This document shows, piece after piece, positions 19,291 through 29,017 of a stretch of DNA of 64,000 nt (positions are counted from its first letter, which is position 1; every line of letters starts with the position of its first letter). Location: NCBI GenBank assembly GCA_028819345.1, contig JAPPLW010000099.1, positions 3,061 to 67,060 on the forward strand, in the 5' to 3' direction. The DNA comes from a bacterium. GTDB taxonomy: Bacteria; Actinomycetota; Acidimicrobiia; Spongiisociales; ZC4RG35. The position numbers and the translations under genes were made by a program. Under the pieces are notes generated by a model. It did not search any database and had not been told where the DNA came from. It worked only from the letters and a program-made list of their open reading frames with translations.

Positions 19291-20045
19291 TATCTACCGC
19301 TCCTTGTTCGGGATCCGGGCGCCGGGCCCTCCGAGGAGGATCCCTTCTTTTTCTTCTTCTTCGCCATCTCTGTCCCTTCCTGGCAGGCGCCGGCCACCAG
19401 AGAGCAGAGCAACTCGGCGGAACGGATGGCATCGTCGTTACCGGGTATTACGTAGGTTATTGGCTCAGGATTGCAATTCGAGTCAACCAAAGCCAAGATG
19501 GGAATCCCCAGGCGGACCGCCTCCCGCACCGCGGTTTCCTCGGCGTTGACGTCGATCACGAAAACCCCGGCCGGAAGCTCCTGGAGATCCCTCACTCCTC
19601 CCAGGCTTCGGCGGAGCTTCTCAAGGTCTCTGCGGAGACGAAGCCTTTCCTTCTTGGGGCGAGACTGCATCTCTCCGCTGTTTTCCTCCGTTTCCAGTTC
19701 CTTCATGTAGGAAATCCGCTGTCGGATGGTCTGGAAGTTGGTGAGCATGCCTCCCAGCCACCGGAAGTTGACATAGGGCATGCCTGCCGACTCGGCGTGC
19801 TGGGCGATGCTGTTCTGGGCCTGCTTCTTCGTCCCGATGAAGAGAATCTTCCCGCCTTCGGCCACTGCCTGGCGGACGAAGCCGATCGCATCGTCCAGCA
19901 GGCGAACAGTCTGCCGGAGGTCGATTATGTGGATGCCGTTGGACTGACCCCACAGATAGGGGGCCATCTTGGGGTTCCACCGGCGGGTCTCATGGCCGAA
20001 ATGGAGACCGGCATCGATCAGGTCTTTCATGGTGGTAGCCGTCAT
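19290..20045 (-). CDS. rpsB: 30S ribosomal protein S2 with Lys-rich C-terminal tail
   Basis: 251 aa. MKDLIDAGLHFGHETRRWNPKMAPYLWG...ILFIGTKKQAQ. GGAAGGAG Shine-Dalgarno upstream of the ATG. The tail is ...EMAKKKKKKGSSSEGP... Confidence 0.95.
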   Translation of the reverse strand: MTATTMKDLIDAGLHFGHETRRWNPKMAPYLWGQSNGIHIIDLRQTVRLLDDAIGFVRQAVAEGGKILFIGTKKQAQNSIAQHAESAGMPYVNFRWLGGMLTNFQTIRQRISYMKELETEENSGEMQSRPKKERLRLRRDLEKLRRSLGGVRDLQELPAGVFVIDVNAEETAVREAVRLGIPILALVDSNCNPEPITYVIPGNDDAIRSAELLCSLVAGACQEGTEMAKKKKKKGSSSEGPAPGSRTRSGR

Positions 20046-20207
20046 ATACCACTCCTTCCTGGTTTTTCCTCGGCCCGCTGTCCGGATTCTCCGGTCGGCG
20101 CCCGCAAGAGGGGCGCCCGCCCCACAGGAAAGACCGTGAAGACTTTCCCGACCAGTGGACGAAACAGGCCTGTGACGTTGCCATGAGCATTTTACAACGC
20201 CGCTGAA

Positions 20208-20235
20208 GGAGAGGGAAACCGACCCGCCCCTCTCC
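20208..20235 (-). terminator. terminator-like hairpin after xerC (no U-tract)
   Basis: On the minus strand GGAGAGGG - 12-nt loop - CCCTCTCC forms a perfect 8-bp stem 36 nt after the xerC stop. It is followed by a TAAAAT -10-like hexamer (20194-20189) ahead of rpsB. Confidence 0.3.
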
Positions 20236-20270
20236 GGCGGTTCATGGCCCGAGTCTCAGCGGTCCCCTCG

Positions 20271-21164
20271 TCAGGCTCGGGGATGTGTGCGGTGGTGAGT
20301 GGAGCGGAGGTGCCGGTTGCTGACGCTGGTGTATACCTGAGTGGTGCCCAAACTGGCGTGGCCCAGCAGTTCCTGGACACTGCGAAGGTCGGCCCCTCCC
20401 TCTATGAGATGGGTGGCGAATGAATGGCGGAGGGCATGGGGGAAACTTCCCAGCCGGGAACGTACCACACGCCTGATCTGACGAGGGTCCAGGCGCCCCC
20501 CTCTCACGCCCACGAACAGGGCCTCTCCGGCGTGGGCACCGGCCAGTGCGGGGCGTCCCTCCTCCAGCCAGCGGCCAATGGCCCGTTGAGCGGGAATCCC
20601 GACGGGCGTGGCGCGGTCTTTCCCTCCCTTCCCCGACACCACTATCAAGTCCCTTCCCTCGACCTGCGGGACCGTAAGTGCGGCCAGTTCGGAGACCCTG
20701 AGCCCCGAGGCATAAGCCAGTTCCAGAATGGCCCGGTCCCTCAAATCGACCGGCGCTGAGCCATCCACAGCCTCGATGGCGTCTAATAACTGCCTCTCCG
20801 CCAGTGCCACCGGCAGGCGGGAGTCCGCTTTCGGTACCGGCAGTGCGCCGGCGGGGTTGAAGGGAATGCAACCCCGCTGGTGAAGATCCCCAAAGAAAGA
20901 GCGAAGTGACGATCCCTTTCGGACCACCGAGGAGCGGGCAAAACCGCGGGTGTTCAGGTAGGCGAAGAACCGTCGGAAGTCATTCCGGTCGATCTCCCCC
21001 AGTGAACGGCGCCCAACCTTGGCGCACAGGACAAGGAATTGGGTGATGTCTCCCCGGTAGGCATTGACCGTGTGCCCGGAGAGTCGGCGCTGGCGCGCCA
21101 AGCGGCCCAGATACCCCTCCACGTCCTCTTTGGCCCACTCGGGCGGGACAGATACACCAGCCAC
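20271..21164 (-). CDS. xerC: tyrosine recombinase XerC/XerD family (chromosome dimer resolution)
   Basis: 297 aa. N-terminal SAM-like domain ([16 protein letters not shown]). Catalytic ARG...[37 protein letters not shown] with the Tyr nucleophile. Housekeeping position downstream of dprA. Confidence 0.85.
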   Translation of the reverse strand: MAGVSVPPEWAKEDVEGYLGRLARQRRLSGHTVNAYRGDITQFLVLCAKVGRRSLGEIDRNDFRRFFAYLNTRGFARSSVVRKGSSLRSFFGDLHQRGCIPFNPAGALPVPKADSRLPVALAERQLLDAIEAVDGSAPVDLRDRAILELAYASGLRVSELAALTVPQVEGRDLIVVSGKGGKDRATPVGIPAQRAIGRWLEEGRPALAGAHAGEALFVGVRGGRLDPRQIRRVVRSRLGSFPHALRHSFATHLIEGGADLRSVQELLGHASLGTTQVYTSVSNRHLRSTHHRTHPRA

Positions 21165-21277
21165 TCACCCAATGCTACGAAGCCCTCCGAGTCATTGGCA
21201 GGGTTTTACGTGGGCCCGGCGTTCGGGCCACTCATCCCCCCTTGCGCAGGGACGCCACCGAGTCCATTCCCCTCCTC

Positions 21278-22369
21278 CTACCCGTTTCTCCCATGTTCCT
21301 TCTTCAGCCGGATGACTCCGCTTTCCCTGGTGATGCGTCCTTCCGACTCCAGTTCCCCGACGCTCACCAGCAGTCGGGTGAGGGGCCATCCCATCCGCTC
21401 GGCCAAGACTTCCAAGGTGGCGCCGGCCTCTCCGATGGCTTCTTCCAAGCCTCCCTCTGCGTCTCCCGGTCCGAACCCCCGGTGACCGGCCCCCAATTGA
21501 CTGATTATGCCCTCCTGCTCCAGCAAGTCCAGCAGGTCAGCGGTCCCCAACACCGGCATGGCCCCATCTCGGATCAGTTCGTTGCAACCACGGGAAGTCG
21601 CCCGGTCGATGTCTCCGGGGATGGCCAGTACCTCCCGTCCCTGTTCAAGGCCCAACCGGGCGCTGATCAGGGCTCCCCCTCCCGCAGCCGCCTCGACTAC
21701 CAACACCACGCGGGACAGGCCGGTGATGATCCTGTTTCGTACCGGAAACCGCCACGGCTCGGGAACGGTCCCCGGCGGGTACTCGGTCACCACTCCCCCG
21801 CCGTTGTCCAAGAGCGCTTCTCCCAGCCGTCTATGAGAGACCGGATACCAACGGTCGAGACCGCATCCCAGAACCGCCAATCCCCGACCTCCGGCCTCCA
21901 CCACTCCCTGGTGTACGGCCCCATCGATCCCCCGCGCCAGTCCGCTGACCACCACCGCGCCCCGACGTCCCACCGCCGCGCCGACGGCCTTGGCAAGGTT
22001 GATGCCATAGCGGGTGGCTCTTCTCGATCCCACCACTGCCACCCCCGGCAATGTCGGGAGCGCTCCCCTGACGAATAGCAGATCGGGCGGGTCGGAGATG
22101 GCGGCCAACCAGGGAGGGTAGGAATCCGTGCCCAACAGCGCCACCGTGACGCCCGAGGAGGCAAGTTCCTCCATGCGCCGCTCGGCCGGAACGCCGACTG
22201 CTTCACGAGCGGCCGGGGAGACCTTGACCCTGCCCGTCTCGATCATCCGCACCGCCTCCACCGGGTCGGAGGCCTTCACCAGGCTGTGGACTCGTTCGGG
22301 ATGCAGCCCCGAATAGGCCAGCCGGAGCCGGTGGAAGAAGTACGGGACCGGCGGGGCCGTCAGGCTCAA
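21278..22369 (-). CDS. dprA: DNA-processing protein DprA (Smf)
   Basis: GSRRATRYGINLAKAVGAAVGRRGAVVVSGLARGIDGAVHQG...LGCGLDRWYP Rossmann-like DprA core and a C-terminal winged-helix-like tail. Confidence 0.9.
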   Translation of the reverse strand: MSLTAPPVPYFFHRLRLAYSGLHPERVHSLVKASDPVEAVRMIETGRVKVSPAAREAVGVPAERRMEELASSGVTVALLGTDSYPPWLAAISDPPDLLFVRGALPTLPGVAVVGSRRATRYGINLAKAVGAAVGRRGAVVVSGLARGIDGAVHQGVVEAGGRGLAVLGCGLDRWYPVSHRRLGEALLDNGGGVVTEYPPGTVPEPWRFPVRNRIITGLSRVVLVVEAAAGGGALISARLGLEQGREVLAIPGDIDRATSRGCNELIRDGAMPVLGTADLLDLLEQEGIISQLGAGHRGFGPGDAEGGLEEAIGEAGATLEVLAERMGWPLTRLLVSVGELESEGRITRESGVIRLKKEHGRNG

Positions 22370-23832
22370 ACCCCGGTCCGGTAGGAGAGAGCCTCCAGCA
22401 CGTGGACGCTCTCCACTCGCTCGGATTCCCCGAGATCGGCGAGAGTCCTGGCTACCCGCCGTACCCGGTCATAGCCCCGGCCGGTGAGATTGCCCCGGTC
22501 GATGTTGCCCCCCAGCACTCGCCTGGCCTTGCCGCTCCACGCAAGGGCGTCGAGAGCCGCCGAGGACAGGTCTCCGTTGAGCCCGCCGCGTCGGGCTTGG
22601 ATCTCCCGCGCTCTGGAGACTCTCTTCCGCACAGCCTCGCTCGGCTCGCCGGGACTCCCGGTCATCTCCCCGGTCTCCATTCGCCCCAGGAACACCCGCA
22701 CGTCGAAGCGGTCCAGCAAGGGACCCGAGAGGCGACGCCGGTAACGTTCCACCGAAGCAGGGGAACATCGGCACTGTCGCACGGTGTCGTTCGACCAGCC
22801 GCACGGGCAGGGGTTGGTGGCGGCGACCACCAGCGCCCGGCAGGGAAAAGTCACCGACACGCCCCTGCGGGTGATGGTCACCAATCCCTCCTCCAAGGGC
22901 TGGCGAAGGGCGTCGATGAGATGGGCCGGGAATTCCCCCAACTCGTCCAGGAACAACACTCCGTGATGGGCCAGGGAAAGGTCACCCGGCGTCGGGATTC
23001 CGCTCCCCCCGCCCAGGAGCCCTGCCACCGAAGCCGTGTGATGAGGAGCGCGGAACGGCCGGACTCGAACCGGACGCCGGCGGTTCGCCGCCGCCCAGAC
23101 ACAAGCCACCTCCATCTCCTCCTCCCCTGTGAAGCGGGGAAGGATTCCGGGAAGCCGCTTGGCCAGCATCGTCTTTCCCATTCCGGGAGGACCGGACATG
23201 AGGAGGTGATGACGACCGGCTGCGGCAATCTCCAGACCTCTCCGGGCAAACTCCTGACCTCGCACGTCCGCCATGTCCGGGACGGGGAGCGTGGGCGCCT
23301 CGGGCGTCCGGGAGGAGGAGGGAGCCATCCTGCCCTCCAGGGCACTCACCGCCTCGGCCAACCCGCCCACTGCATAGAGATCCACCGCCGGAACCAATGC
23401 CGCCTCCGCAGCCATCTCCCGGGGCACTATGCAGGGAATGCCTTCGCGGACCGCCACCAGGGTGGCCGCCAAGACCCCGCGGCACGATCTGACCCGCCCG
23501 TCCAGCGCCAGCTCCCCCACGGCCACCACTCCCGGGTGCCTGATCGAGACCTTCCCGTCAGCGATCAGCACACCCAAAGCGATGGGAAGGTCGAAAGCGG
23601 AGCCGGCCTTGGGAAGATCGGCCGGCGCAAGGTTCACTGTCACCTCGCTCCGGGGCATCTCGTAACCGGACGAGGCCATGGCCGCCCTGACCCGGTAGCG
23701 GGCCTCCCTCACCGCCGTGTCGGGCAGTCCCACCAGGCCGAACTTGGAATTGGTCTTGCCCAGATGGACTTCAACGCTGACCGGCCGGGGCGTCACCCCC
23801 GTCATCGCCGCCGAATACACCCGTGTGCTCAT
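22366..23832 (-). CDS. comM: YifB/ComM family Mg-chelatase-like AAA+ ATPase
   Basis: N-terminal Lon-like domain (FDLPIALGVL), Walker A (MSGPPGMGKTMLA), FLDELGEF Walker B and a C-terminal ChlI-like part. I prefer ATG 23832 (MSTRVYSA..., G-rich stretch upstream). The track start is GTG 23853. Confidence 0.9.
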   Translation of the reverse strand: MSTRVYSAAMTGVTPRPVSVEVHLGKTNSKFGLVGLPDTAVREARYRVRAAMASSGYEMPRSEVTVNLAPADLPKAGSAFDLPIALGVLIADGKVSIRHPGVVAVGELALDGRVRSCRGVLAATLVAVREGIPCIVPREMAAEAALVPAVDLYAVGGLAEAVSALEGRMAPSSSRTPEAPTLPVPDMADVRGQEFARRGLEIAAAGRHHLLMSGPPGMGKTMLAKRLPGILPRFTGEEEMEVACVWAAANRRRPVRVRPFRAPHHTASVAGLLGGGSGIPTPGDLSLAHHGVLFLDELGEFPAHLIDALRQPLEEGLVTITRRGVSVTFPCRALVVAATNPCPCGWSNDTVRQCRCSPASVERYRRRLSGPLLDRFDVRVFLGRMETGEMTGSPGEPSEAVRKRVSRAREIQARRGGLNGDLSSAALDALAWSGKARRVLGGNIDRGNLTGRGYDRVRRVARTLADLGESERVESVHVLEALSYRTGV

Positions 23833-23940
23833 CCCCCCAGCATGTGGCGGCACCTCCCGGCTTACCTATCTCCCCACTCCAGGTTTTACCGCGACAAATG
23901 GATTTGATTCACAGGACCGCGCCGACCCGGAACCAGCGAG

Positions 23941-24717
23941 TCAGCGACCGCGGAACCGGGGAGGCCGCTTCTGGAGAAAAGAGGCCACTCCCTCCCGATG
24001 GTCGTCGGTGCCGAGACATATCGACTGGGACTGTCCCTCCCAGGCCGTCGCCTCCTCGAGAGACAACTCCCAGGAACGGTCGAGTCCCTGCTTGATGAAC
24101 ATCTGCGCCACGGGCGCACCCGCCAGGAATCCTTCGGCCACTTCGGCTGCACGTTCCTCCAGCCGATCGGGATCCACCACTGCCCACACCAGCCCCCTCT
24201 CCATCGCCTCGGCGGCGGGTACCATCCGGCCCGATAGGGCGATCTCCTTGGCAAACTGGGCGCCGGCCAGCCGGGGTAGCAGCCAGCTCAGGCCCATGTC
24301 CAAGCTCAAGCCCCGGCGGGCGAAAATAGCGGAGAACCGGGCCCTGCGGGTGGCAACCACCACATCACATCCCAGGGCGAGACTCATCCCCGCTCCCACT
24401 GCAACCCCGTCCACCGCCGCCACCGTGGGCTTGGTCAGCTTGTGAAGCGCCACGGCGGTGTCCCCGACCACCTTCATGCGGCGCTGTGCATCCACCACCC
24501 CGCCCGATCGAGGGCCGGCGGACGGATCCAGATCGGCGCCGGCGCAGAAGTCCCCCCCTCGGCCCGATATGACCAGTACCCGTTGGGAGGAACTCTCGAA
24601 GGCGGAGAAGGCTTCCTGCAGTTCTCTCCATCCCTCGGGAGGGATGGCGTTCTTGCGGAATGGACGGTTCAGCCACAGCCTCCGCACCGGTCCACGGTCC
24701 TCGGTCTCGAGCCACAT
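23941..24717 (-). CDS. enoyl-CoA hydratase/isomerase (crotonase) family protein
   Basis: 258 aa. LNRPFRKNAI...GDFCAGADL...VAAVDGVAVGAGMSLALGCDVVVA crotonase fold motifs. Confidence 0.8.
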   Translation of the reverse strand: MWLETEDRGPVRRLWLNRPFRKNAIPPEGWRELQEAFSAFESSSQRVLVISGRGGDFCAGADLDPSAGPRSGGVVDAQRRMKVVGDTAVALHKLTKPTVAAVDGVAVGAGMSLALGCDVVVATRRARFSAIFARRGLSLDMGLSWLLPRLAGAQFAKEIALSGRMVPAAEAMERGLVWAVVDPDRLEERAAEVAEGFLAGAPVAQMFIKQGLDRSWELSLEEATAWEGQSQSICLGTDDHREGVASFLQKRPPRFRGR

Positions 24718-24758
24718 ATTTCCATAGGGTAAGGCGTCGCGCTAGGTTGGGTCCCCAG

Positions 24759-24872
24759 ATGGGATTCAATCCGTTCCGCCCCCAGCGAAAGACCACCGCC
24801 GACCTGGTTATGGTGGCCGCCGCGCTGGCGGTGACCATCGCGGTGGTGCTCTGGGCGTTCCTGGCGGGGTAA
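24759..24872 (+). CDS. candidate 37-aa single-pass membrane protein
   Basis: MGFNPFRPQRKTTADLVMVAAALAVTIAVVLWAFLAG has a charged N-terminus then one hydrophobic helix. Third codon positions are almost all G/C, which is the coding signature in this genome. The track ORF (from 24660) is trimmed to the ATG that avoids overlap with the crotonase gene. Confidence 0.4.
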   Translation: MGFNPFRPQRKTTADLVMVAAALAVTIAVVLWAFLAG

Positions 24873-24876
24873 CCCG

Positions 24877-25239
24877 TTAGCCGACGCGGGGCAACCAGAG
24901 CAGGTCCACCCCGTCCCGATGGAACCGGACTGTGATCAGGTCCACCCGACGCGCCCGGGCAGGCAGGGACGCCGCCAGCTTTCTCACCTGTCGCGCCTTG
25001 GCGGCGTCAAAGGAATCCAACGGGTCCGGCGACCTCGCGTCAGAGGCCACCCACCGGCTTCTCACCTCGACGACCGCTCTCTCCCCGTCGATCTCGGCCA
25101 GTATGTCGATTTCCCCCCTGCCCACTCGCAAATTGCGAGCCAATACCAGATGTCCCCTGCTCTCCAGAAAGCGGGCGGCCAACTGCTCGGCGGCTCGGCC
25201 GACGTCCCGGCGGGAGAGATGGTCTCTTGGCGGATCCAC
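24877..25239 (-). CDS. yraN: YraN family (UPF0102) endonuclease-like protein
   Basis: 120 aa. AARFLESRGHLVLARNLRVGRGEIDILAEIDGERAVVEVRSR is typical of YraN, as is the position next to comM. Confidence 0.8.
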   Translation of the reverse strand: MDPPRDHLSRRDVGRAAEQLAARFLESRGHLVLARNLRVGRGEIDILAEIDGERAVVEVRSRWVASDARSPDPLDSFDAAKARQVRKLAASLPARARRVDLITVRFHRDGVDLLWLPRVG

Positions 25240-25328
25240 TCTTCAGGTGTGCCGCAGGGGTGTGACAATCCGCCTCGTTGTGCCTCTCGGACCCCTCCAC
25301 CGGCGCGGGGGAATCGCTCCTGGTTTAT

Positions 25329-25934
25329 CTAGATCCCGCCCATGCGTCCCAGTGGCCAGATGCGAAAGACGGCTTTGCCCACCACCCTGTCCTCGTGGAC
25401 TGTCCCGAACACCCGGCTGTCCGAAGACTTGGAGCGGTGGTCTCCCATCAGAAAGATGTGATCCTCCTCCACGTCAACCGTGAGGTCCTGCTGGGTGGAA
25501 GATCCGAGGTACGGCTCAACCAGGAGTTCACCGTTCACCCAGACCTCGCTTCGCCGAATCTCGACTCGATCCCCTCCGGTGGCGATCACCCGCTTGATCA
25601 GGTCCGCCTCTGATATGTCATACCAACCGAATGCCTCCCTGACCTCGTGCCACACCACCTCCAGCACATTGCGGTCCGGTTCAGGACGGCCCGGGGGCGA
25701 AAAAACCACCACGTCTCCCTTGGCCGGCTCGCCGAAGAGAAAACTCACTTTGGAGACCATGACGCGGTCTCCCACCTGGAGCGTGGGATGCATGGACTGG
25801 GAAGGAATCTCGAAGGGCTGGATGAGGAGCGATTTGATGAGAACCGCCAAGATGACCGCCCCCAGCAGTAACACGGCCATCTCCACCACCGCCGACCTGA
25901 ACCGCCAACCGGTGCGAGACTGGGTTGCCTGCAT
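25329..25934 (-). CDS. lepB: signal peptidase I
   Basis: N-terminal transmembrane helix, IPSQSMHPTLQVGDRVMV (catalytic Ser box), GDHRSKSSDSR (Lys box). Confidence 0.9.
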   Translation of the reverse strand: MQATQSRTGWRFRSAVVEMAVLLLGAVILAVLIKSLLIQPFEIPSQSMHPTLQVGDRVMVSKVSFLFGEPAKGDVVVFSPPGRPEPDRNVLEVVWHEVREAFGWYDISEADLIKRVIATGGDRVEIRRSEVWVNGELLVEPYLGSSTQQDLTVDVEEDHIFLMGDHRSKSSDSRVFGTVHEDRVVGKAVFRIWPLGRMGGI

Positions 25935-26011
25935 GCCGTTGGAGTCGGACGCTTCTTGCTCCTCGGGGTCCGTGACGGGAACCGGGAGGATGCCTTCAGG
26001 CTGAGTTTCGG

Positions 26012-26362
26012 TCAGTCGCGTCTCTCTTTTATGCGGGCCGACCTACCCGAACGGCCCCGCAGGTAATGCAGCTTCGCTCGGCGTACCAGCCCCTTGCGAA
26101 GAACTTCGATCCGGCTCACGATCGGGGCGTGAACCGGGAAGATGCGCTCCACCCCCACTCCGAAACTGATCTTGCGAACGGTGAAAGTCTCCTGCAAGCC
26201 ACCCCCGCTCCGGCCTATCACCACCCCCTCGAAGGCCTGTATGCGCTCCCGGCCGGCCTCCATCACCCGAACATGGACGCGAACGGTGTCTCCGGGTCGG
26301 AAATCGGGCAGGTCATCTCGGAGAAAACCTTGTTCAAGCAACCGAATGTCGTTCATAGTCAA
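26012..26362 (-). CDS. rplS: 50S ribosomal protein L19
   Basis: 116 aa. [46 protein letters not shown]. Confidence 0.95.
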   Translation of the reverse strand: MTMNDIRLLEQGFLRDDLPDFRPGDTVRVHVRVMEAGRERIQAFEGVVIGRSGGGLQETFTVRKISFGVGVERIFPVHAPIVSRIEVLRKGLVRRAKLHYLRGRSGRSARIKERRD

Positions 26363-26413
26363 ACCTGTGGCGTTGATAAAGAGGGATTGGCGGACACCCG
26401 CCTAATCCCTAGC

Positions 26414-27100
26414 TTACCACTCCTCAACATTGCACTTTCCCTCCAGTAGATCGGGCCGACGATCCCTCGTTCGCTCCCTTCGCTGGGCGGTTCTCCAGGC
26501 GGCGATGCGTCGATGGTCACCGGAAAGCAGCACCTCGGGAACCTGCCAGCCCCTGAAGACCGAAGGCCGCGTGTAGACCGGCTCTTCCAGCAGCCCTTCC
26601 CGGAACGACTCGAAAACCACGGAGCAGGGATTCCCGACCGCCTCAGGCAGCAAACGGACGATCCCCTCGGTCACCAGGAGGGCCGCCACCTCGCCTCCTG
26701 CCAGCACGTAGTCGCCGACCGAGACTTCCTCGTCGATGAAATGCTCGGCGATCCGCTCGTCCACCCCCTCGTAGCGACCACATACCAGGGTCAGGTGATC
26801 GAGGTCCGACCACCGGTCCAGCATGGCCTGATCAAGACGTCGGCCGACCGGTGTGAACAGCACTCTATGCGTCCCTTCGAGGGGGTCCAGCGCTTTGGCG
26901 AGGGGCTCAGGCATCATCACCATGCCCGGGCCTCCCCCGAAGGGGGCATCGTCCACCGCCCGGTGCGTCCCCTCGGCGTAGTCTCGGAGATCGATCAGGT
27001 CCACCTCCACCAACCGGGCCTCGAGGGCCCGCCCCAGGATCCCCACCGCCAGGGCTTGGGGAAAGTACTCGGGGAAGATGGTGATTATCGAGATCTTCAT
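26414..27100 (-). CDS. trmD: tRNA (guanine37-N1)-methyltransferase
   Basis: 228 aa. MKISIITIFPEYF...HRAVDDAPFGGGPGMVM...LVCGRYEGVDERI...SVGDYVLAGGE. Confidence 0.95.
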   Translation of the reverse strand: MKISIITIFPEYFPQALAVGILGRALEARLVEVDLIDLRDYAEGTHRAVDDAPFGGGPGMVMMPEPLAKALDPLEGTHRVLFTPVGRRLDQAMLDRWSDLDHLTLVCGRYEGVDERIAEHFIDEEVSVGDYVLAGGEVAALLVTEGIVRLLPEAVGNPCSVVFESFREGLLEEPVYTRPSVFRGWQVPEVLLSGDHRRIAAWRTAQRRERTRDRRPDLLEGKCNVEEW

Positions 27101-27320
27101 TGCCCCAAAACATTAATCCAAACATCTGACCTCACTAGTGTTGGTTTGCGCTCTTCCTGGTGAGAGCGCGTCCGTAACGCCGACCGCGGTGCCCGTTGGG
27201 CGGGGGTGTGGTTCCATCAAGAGAGCAACTGACCGGGGACCGGAGGGAGGTACCCACAGGCCGGAGACCTCGCCTGCGTCGTCCGAGACCCTCAGAAAGC
27301 ACACGGACCTCGAGGACGTC

Positions 27321-28148
27321 ATGGCCCGGGCTGGCCGGGAGAACTTCCCGGTGGCGCTGAGAGCGCTGCCCGACAGTCTGCGCCGCCACCTGCAAGCCAT
27401 TTACGGATATGCCCGACTCACCGACAATCTGGGCGACGAGTATCCCGGGGACCGCCTGGACGCCCTGGACTGGCTGGAGCGACAACTGGACAAGCTGTTC
27501 GCCGGAGACGCCTCCCACCCGGTCTTCAGTGCGCTACTCCCCACGGTCGAGGCCTTCGAACTCTCCCGCACTCCTTTCGACCGGTTGCTGGCTGCCAACC
27601 GGATGGATCAGCACAAGAAGAGCTATGCGAACTGGGACGAACTGATGGAATACTGCCGACTCTCGGCGAACCCCGTGGGACATCTGGTGCTGGCCGTGTT
27701 CGAATCGGCCACGGACGACCGCCTGGCCGCCTCGGACGCCGTGTGCAGTGGCCTTCAGGTCTTGGAGCACCTCCAGGACCTGGGCGAGGACGCCAGGGCA
27801 GGCCGAATCTACATGCCCGCCGATGACATGAAACGCTTCGGATGCACTCCCGGGGACCTGCTGGCGCCGACGACGGGAGAGAGGCTGCGAATGCTGGTCG
27901 CTCACCAGGTCGGGCGCACCCGCGTAATGGTCGAGAAAGGAGGGTCGCTGGTCGCGTCCCTGAGGGGATACCACCGCCTCGCCGTGGCCGGATTCGTGGC
28001 TGGGGGCCTGGCCGGCCTGGACGCCATCTCGGCGGCGCGCTTCGATGTGCTGGGCGGCACCCGTCAAGCCGGGAACTTACGGCTTTTCCGCCGGTTCGTC
28101 CCGCTGTACCTGGGCTCGGTGGGCCGCCGGCGACGGACCGCTCGATGA
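27321..28148 (+). CDS. hpnC: squalene synthase HpnC (hydroxysqualene synthase; squalene/phytoene synthase family)
   Basis: MARAGRENFPVALRALPDSLRRHLQAIYGYARLTDNLGDE matches the HpnC N-terminus. The track ORF (from 27138) is trimmed to ATG 27321, which has GAGGA upstream. The stop overlaps the hpnD start (ATGA). Confidence 0.8.
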   Translation: MARAGRENFPVALRALPDSLRRHLQAIYGYARLTDNLGDEYPGDRLDALDWLERQLDKLFAGDASHPVFSALLPTVEAFELSRTPFDRLLAANRMDQHKKSYANWDELMEYCRLSANPVGHLVLAVFESATDDRLAASDAVCSGLQVLEHLQDLGEDARAGRIYMPADDMKRFGCTPGDLLAPTTGERLRMLVAHQVGRTRVMVEKGGSLVASLRGYHRLAVAGFVAGGLAGLDAISAARFDVLGGTRQAGNLRLFRRFVPLYLGSVGRRRRTAR

Positions 28149-29017
28149 TCACCCCCGATTCCGCCTACCGGCGGTGCGAGGAGATCACATGGGCCGAGGC
28201 CCGCAACTTCGCCTACGGCATCCGGCTGCTCCCAACTCCCAAGCGCCAAGCCATGGCGGCCCTGTACGCCATGTCCCGGCGTATCGACGACGTCGGTGAC
28301 GGTGACTGGTCGAGGGACCGTAAGCTTGCCGCCCTGGAACATCTTCACTCGGCGATCGGAACGTTGGAGGCGGGCGGGGTGTCGGACCCCTCCGATCCGG
28401 TCCTGGTTGCCGTGGCACACGCAGCCGGTCGATATCCCATTCCCGTCGGGGCCCTGCACGAGATCGTGGAGGGATGCGAGCAGGACGTCAGGGGCGAGAC
28501 CTACCTGACCATGGACGACACGGTCCGCTACTGCCGCCTGGTGGCCGGTTCGGTCGGCCGCCTGTCCCTGGGTGTTTTCGGGACCAAGGCAAACCGGCGC
28601 CTTCACCCGGATGTGGAAGCCTCGCGTCTTGCGGACGACTTAGGGGTGGCCCTGCAACTCACCAACATGCTGCGTGATCTCCGCGAGGACCACCAGATGG
28701 GCCGAATCTACCTTCCCGAGCAGGAGAGGGACCGCTTTGGAGTAGTGCCGGGCCAGTGGGCCCCGCCCGAGAGCGTGGGGGCTTTGATAAAGCATGTCGC
28801 TGAACAGGCGGTTGCCTGGTTCGAACGGGGCCTGGTGTTGCTTGGCTACCTGGACCACCGAAGCAGAGCCTGCACGGCCGCCATGGCCGGCATCTACCGG
28901 CGGTTGCTGGATCGCATTCTCGCCCAGCCCACCCGTCCGCTCACCGAACGCGTCAGCCTCCCTCGGCGGGAGAAGGCGCTCGTGGCCTTGCGCAGCGTTT
29001 CCGGTCTTCGCCCGTGA
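28145..29017 (+). CDS. hpnD: presqualene diphosphate synthase HpnD
   Basis: MITPDSAYRRCEEITWAEARNFAYGIRLLPTPKRQAMAALYAMSRRIDDVGD and LQLTNMLRDLREDHQMGRIYLP (second Asp-rich region). The start comes from the ATGA overlap with hpnC. Confidence 0.8.
   Translation: MITPDSAYRRCEEITWAEARNFAYGIRLLPTPKRQAMAALYAMSRRIDDVGDGDWSRDRKLAALEHLHSAIGTLEAGGVSDPSDPVLVAVAHAAGRYPIPVGALHEIVEGCEQDVRGETYLTMDDTVRYCRLVAGSVGRLSLGVFGTKANRRLHPDVEASRLADDLGVALQLTNMLRDLREDHQMGRIYLPEQERDRFGVVPGQWAPPESVGALIKHVAEQAVAWFERGLVLLGYLDHRSRACTAAMAGIYRRLLDRILAQPTRPLTERVSLPRREKALVALRSVSGLRP

Noticed and set aside
19344-19362. Homopurine/homopyrimidine tract (CTTCTTTTTCTTCTTCTTC) near the 3' end of rpsB as a possible frameshift or pseudogene signal
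   Set aside because: The reading frame runs cleanly through it as a KKKKKK tail and ends with a 1-nt overlap onto the tsf GTG start. Charged C-terminal tails on S2 are common.
20271-21164. Tyrosine recombinase as the integrase of a mobile element
   Set aside because: It sits in the conserved housekeeping position downstream of dprA-comM. It has the XerC/D-type N-terminal domain. I see no flanking direct repeats, tRNA target or cargo genes.
22402-23907. 501-aa plus-strand ORF
   Set aside because: It lies antisense to comM (yifB), which has clear AAA+ motifs. The ORF is Arg/Pro/Gly/His-rich.
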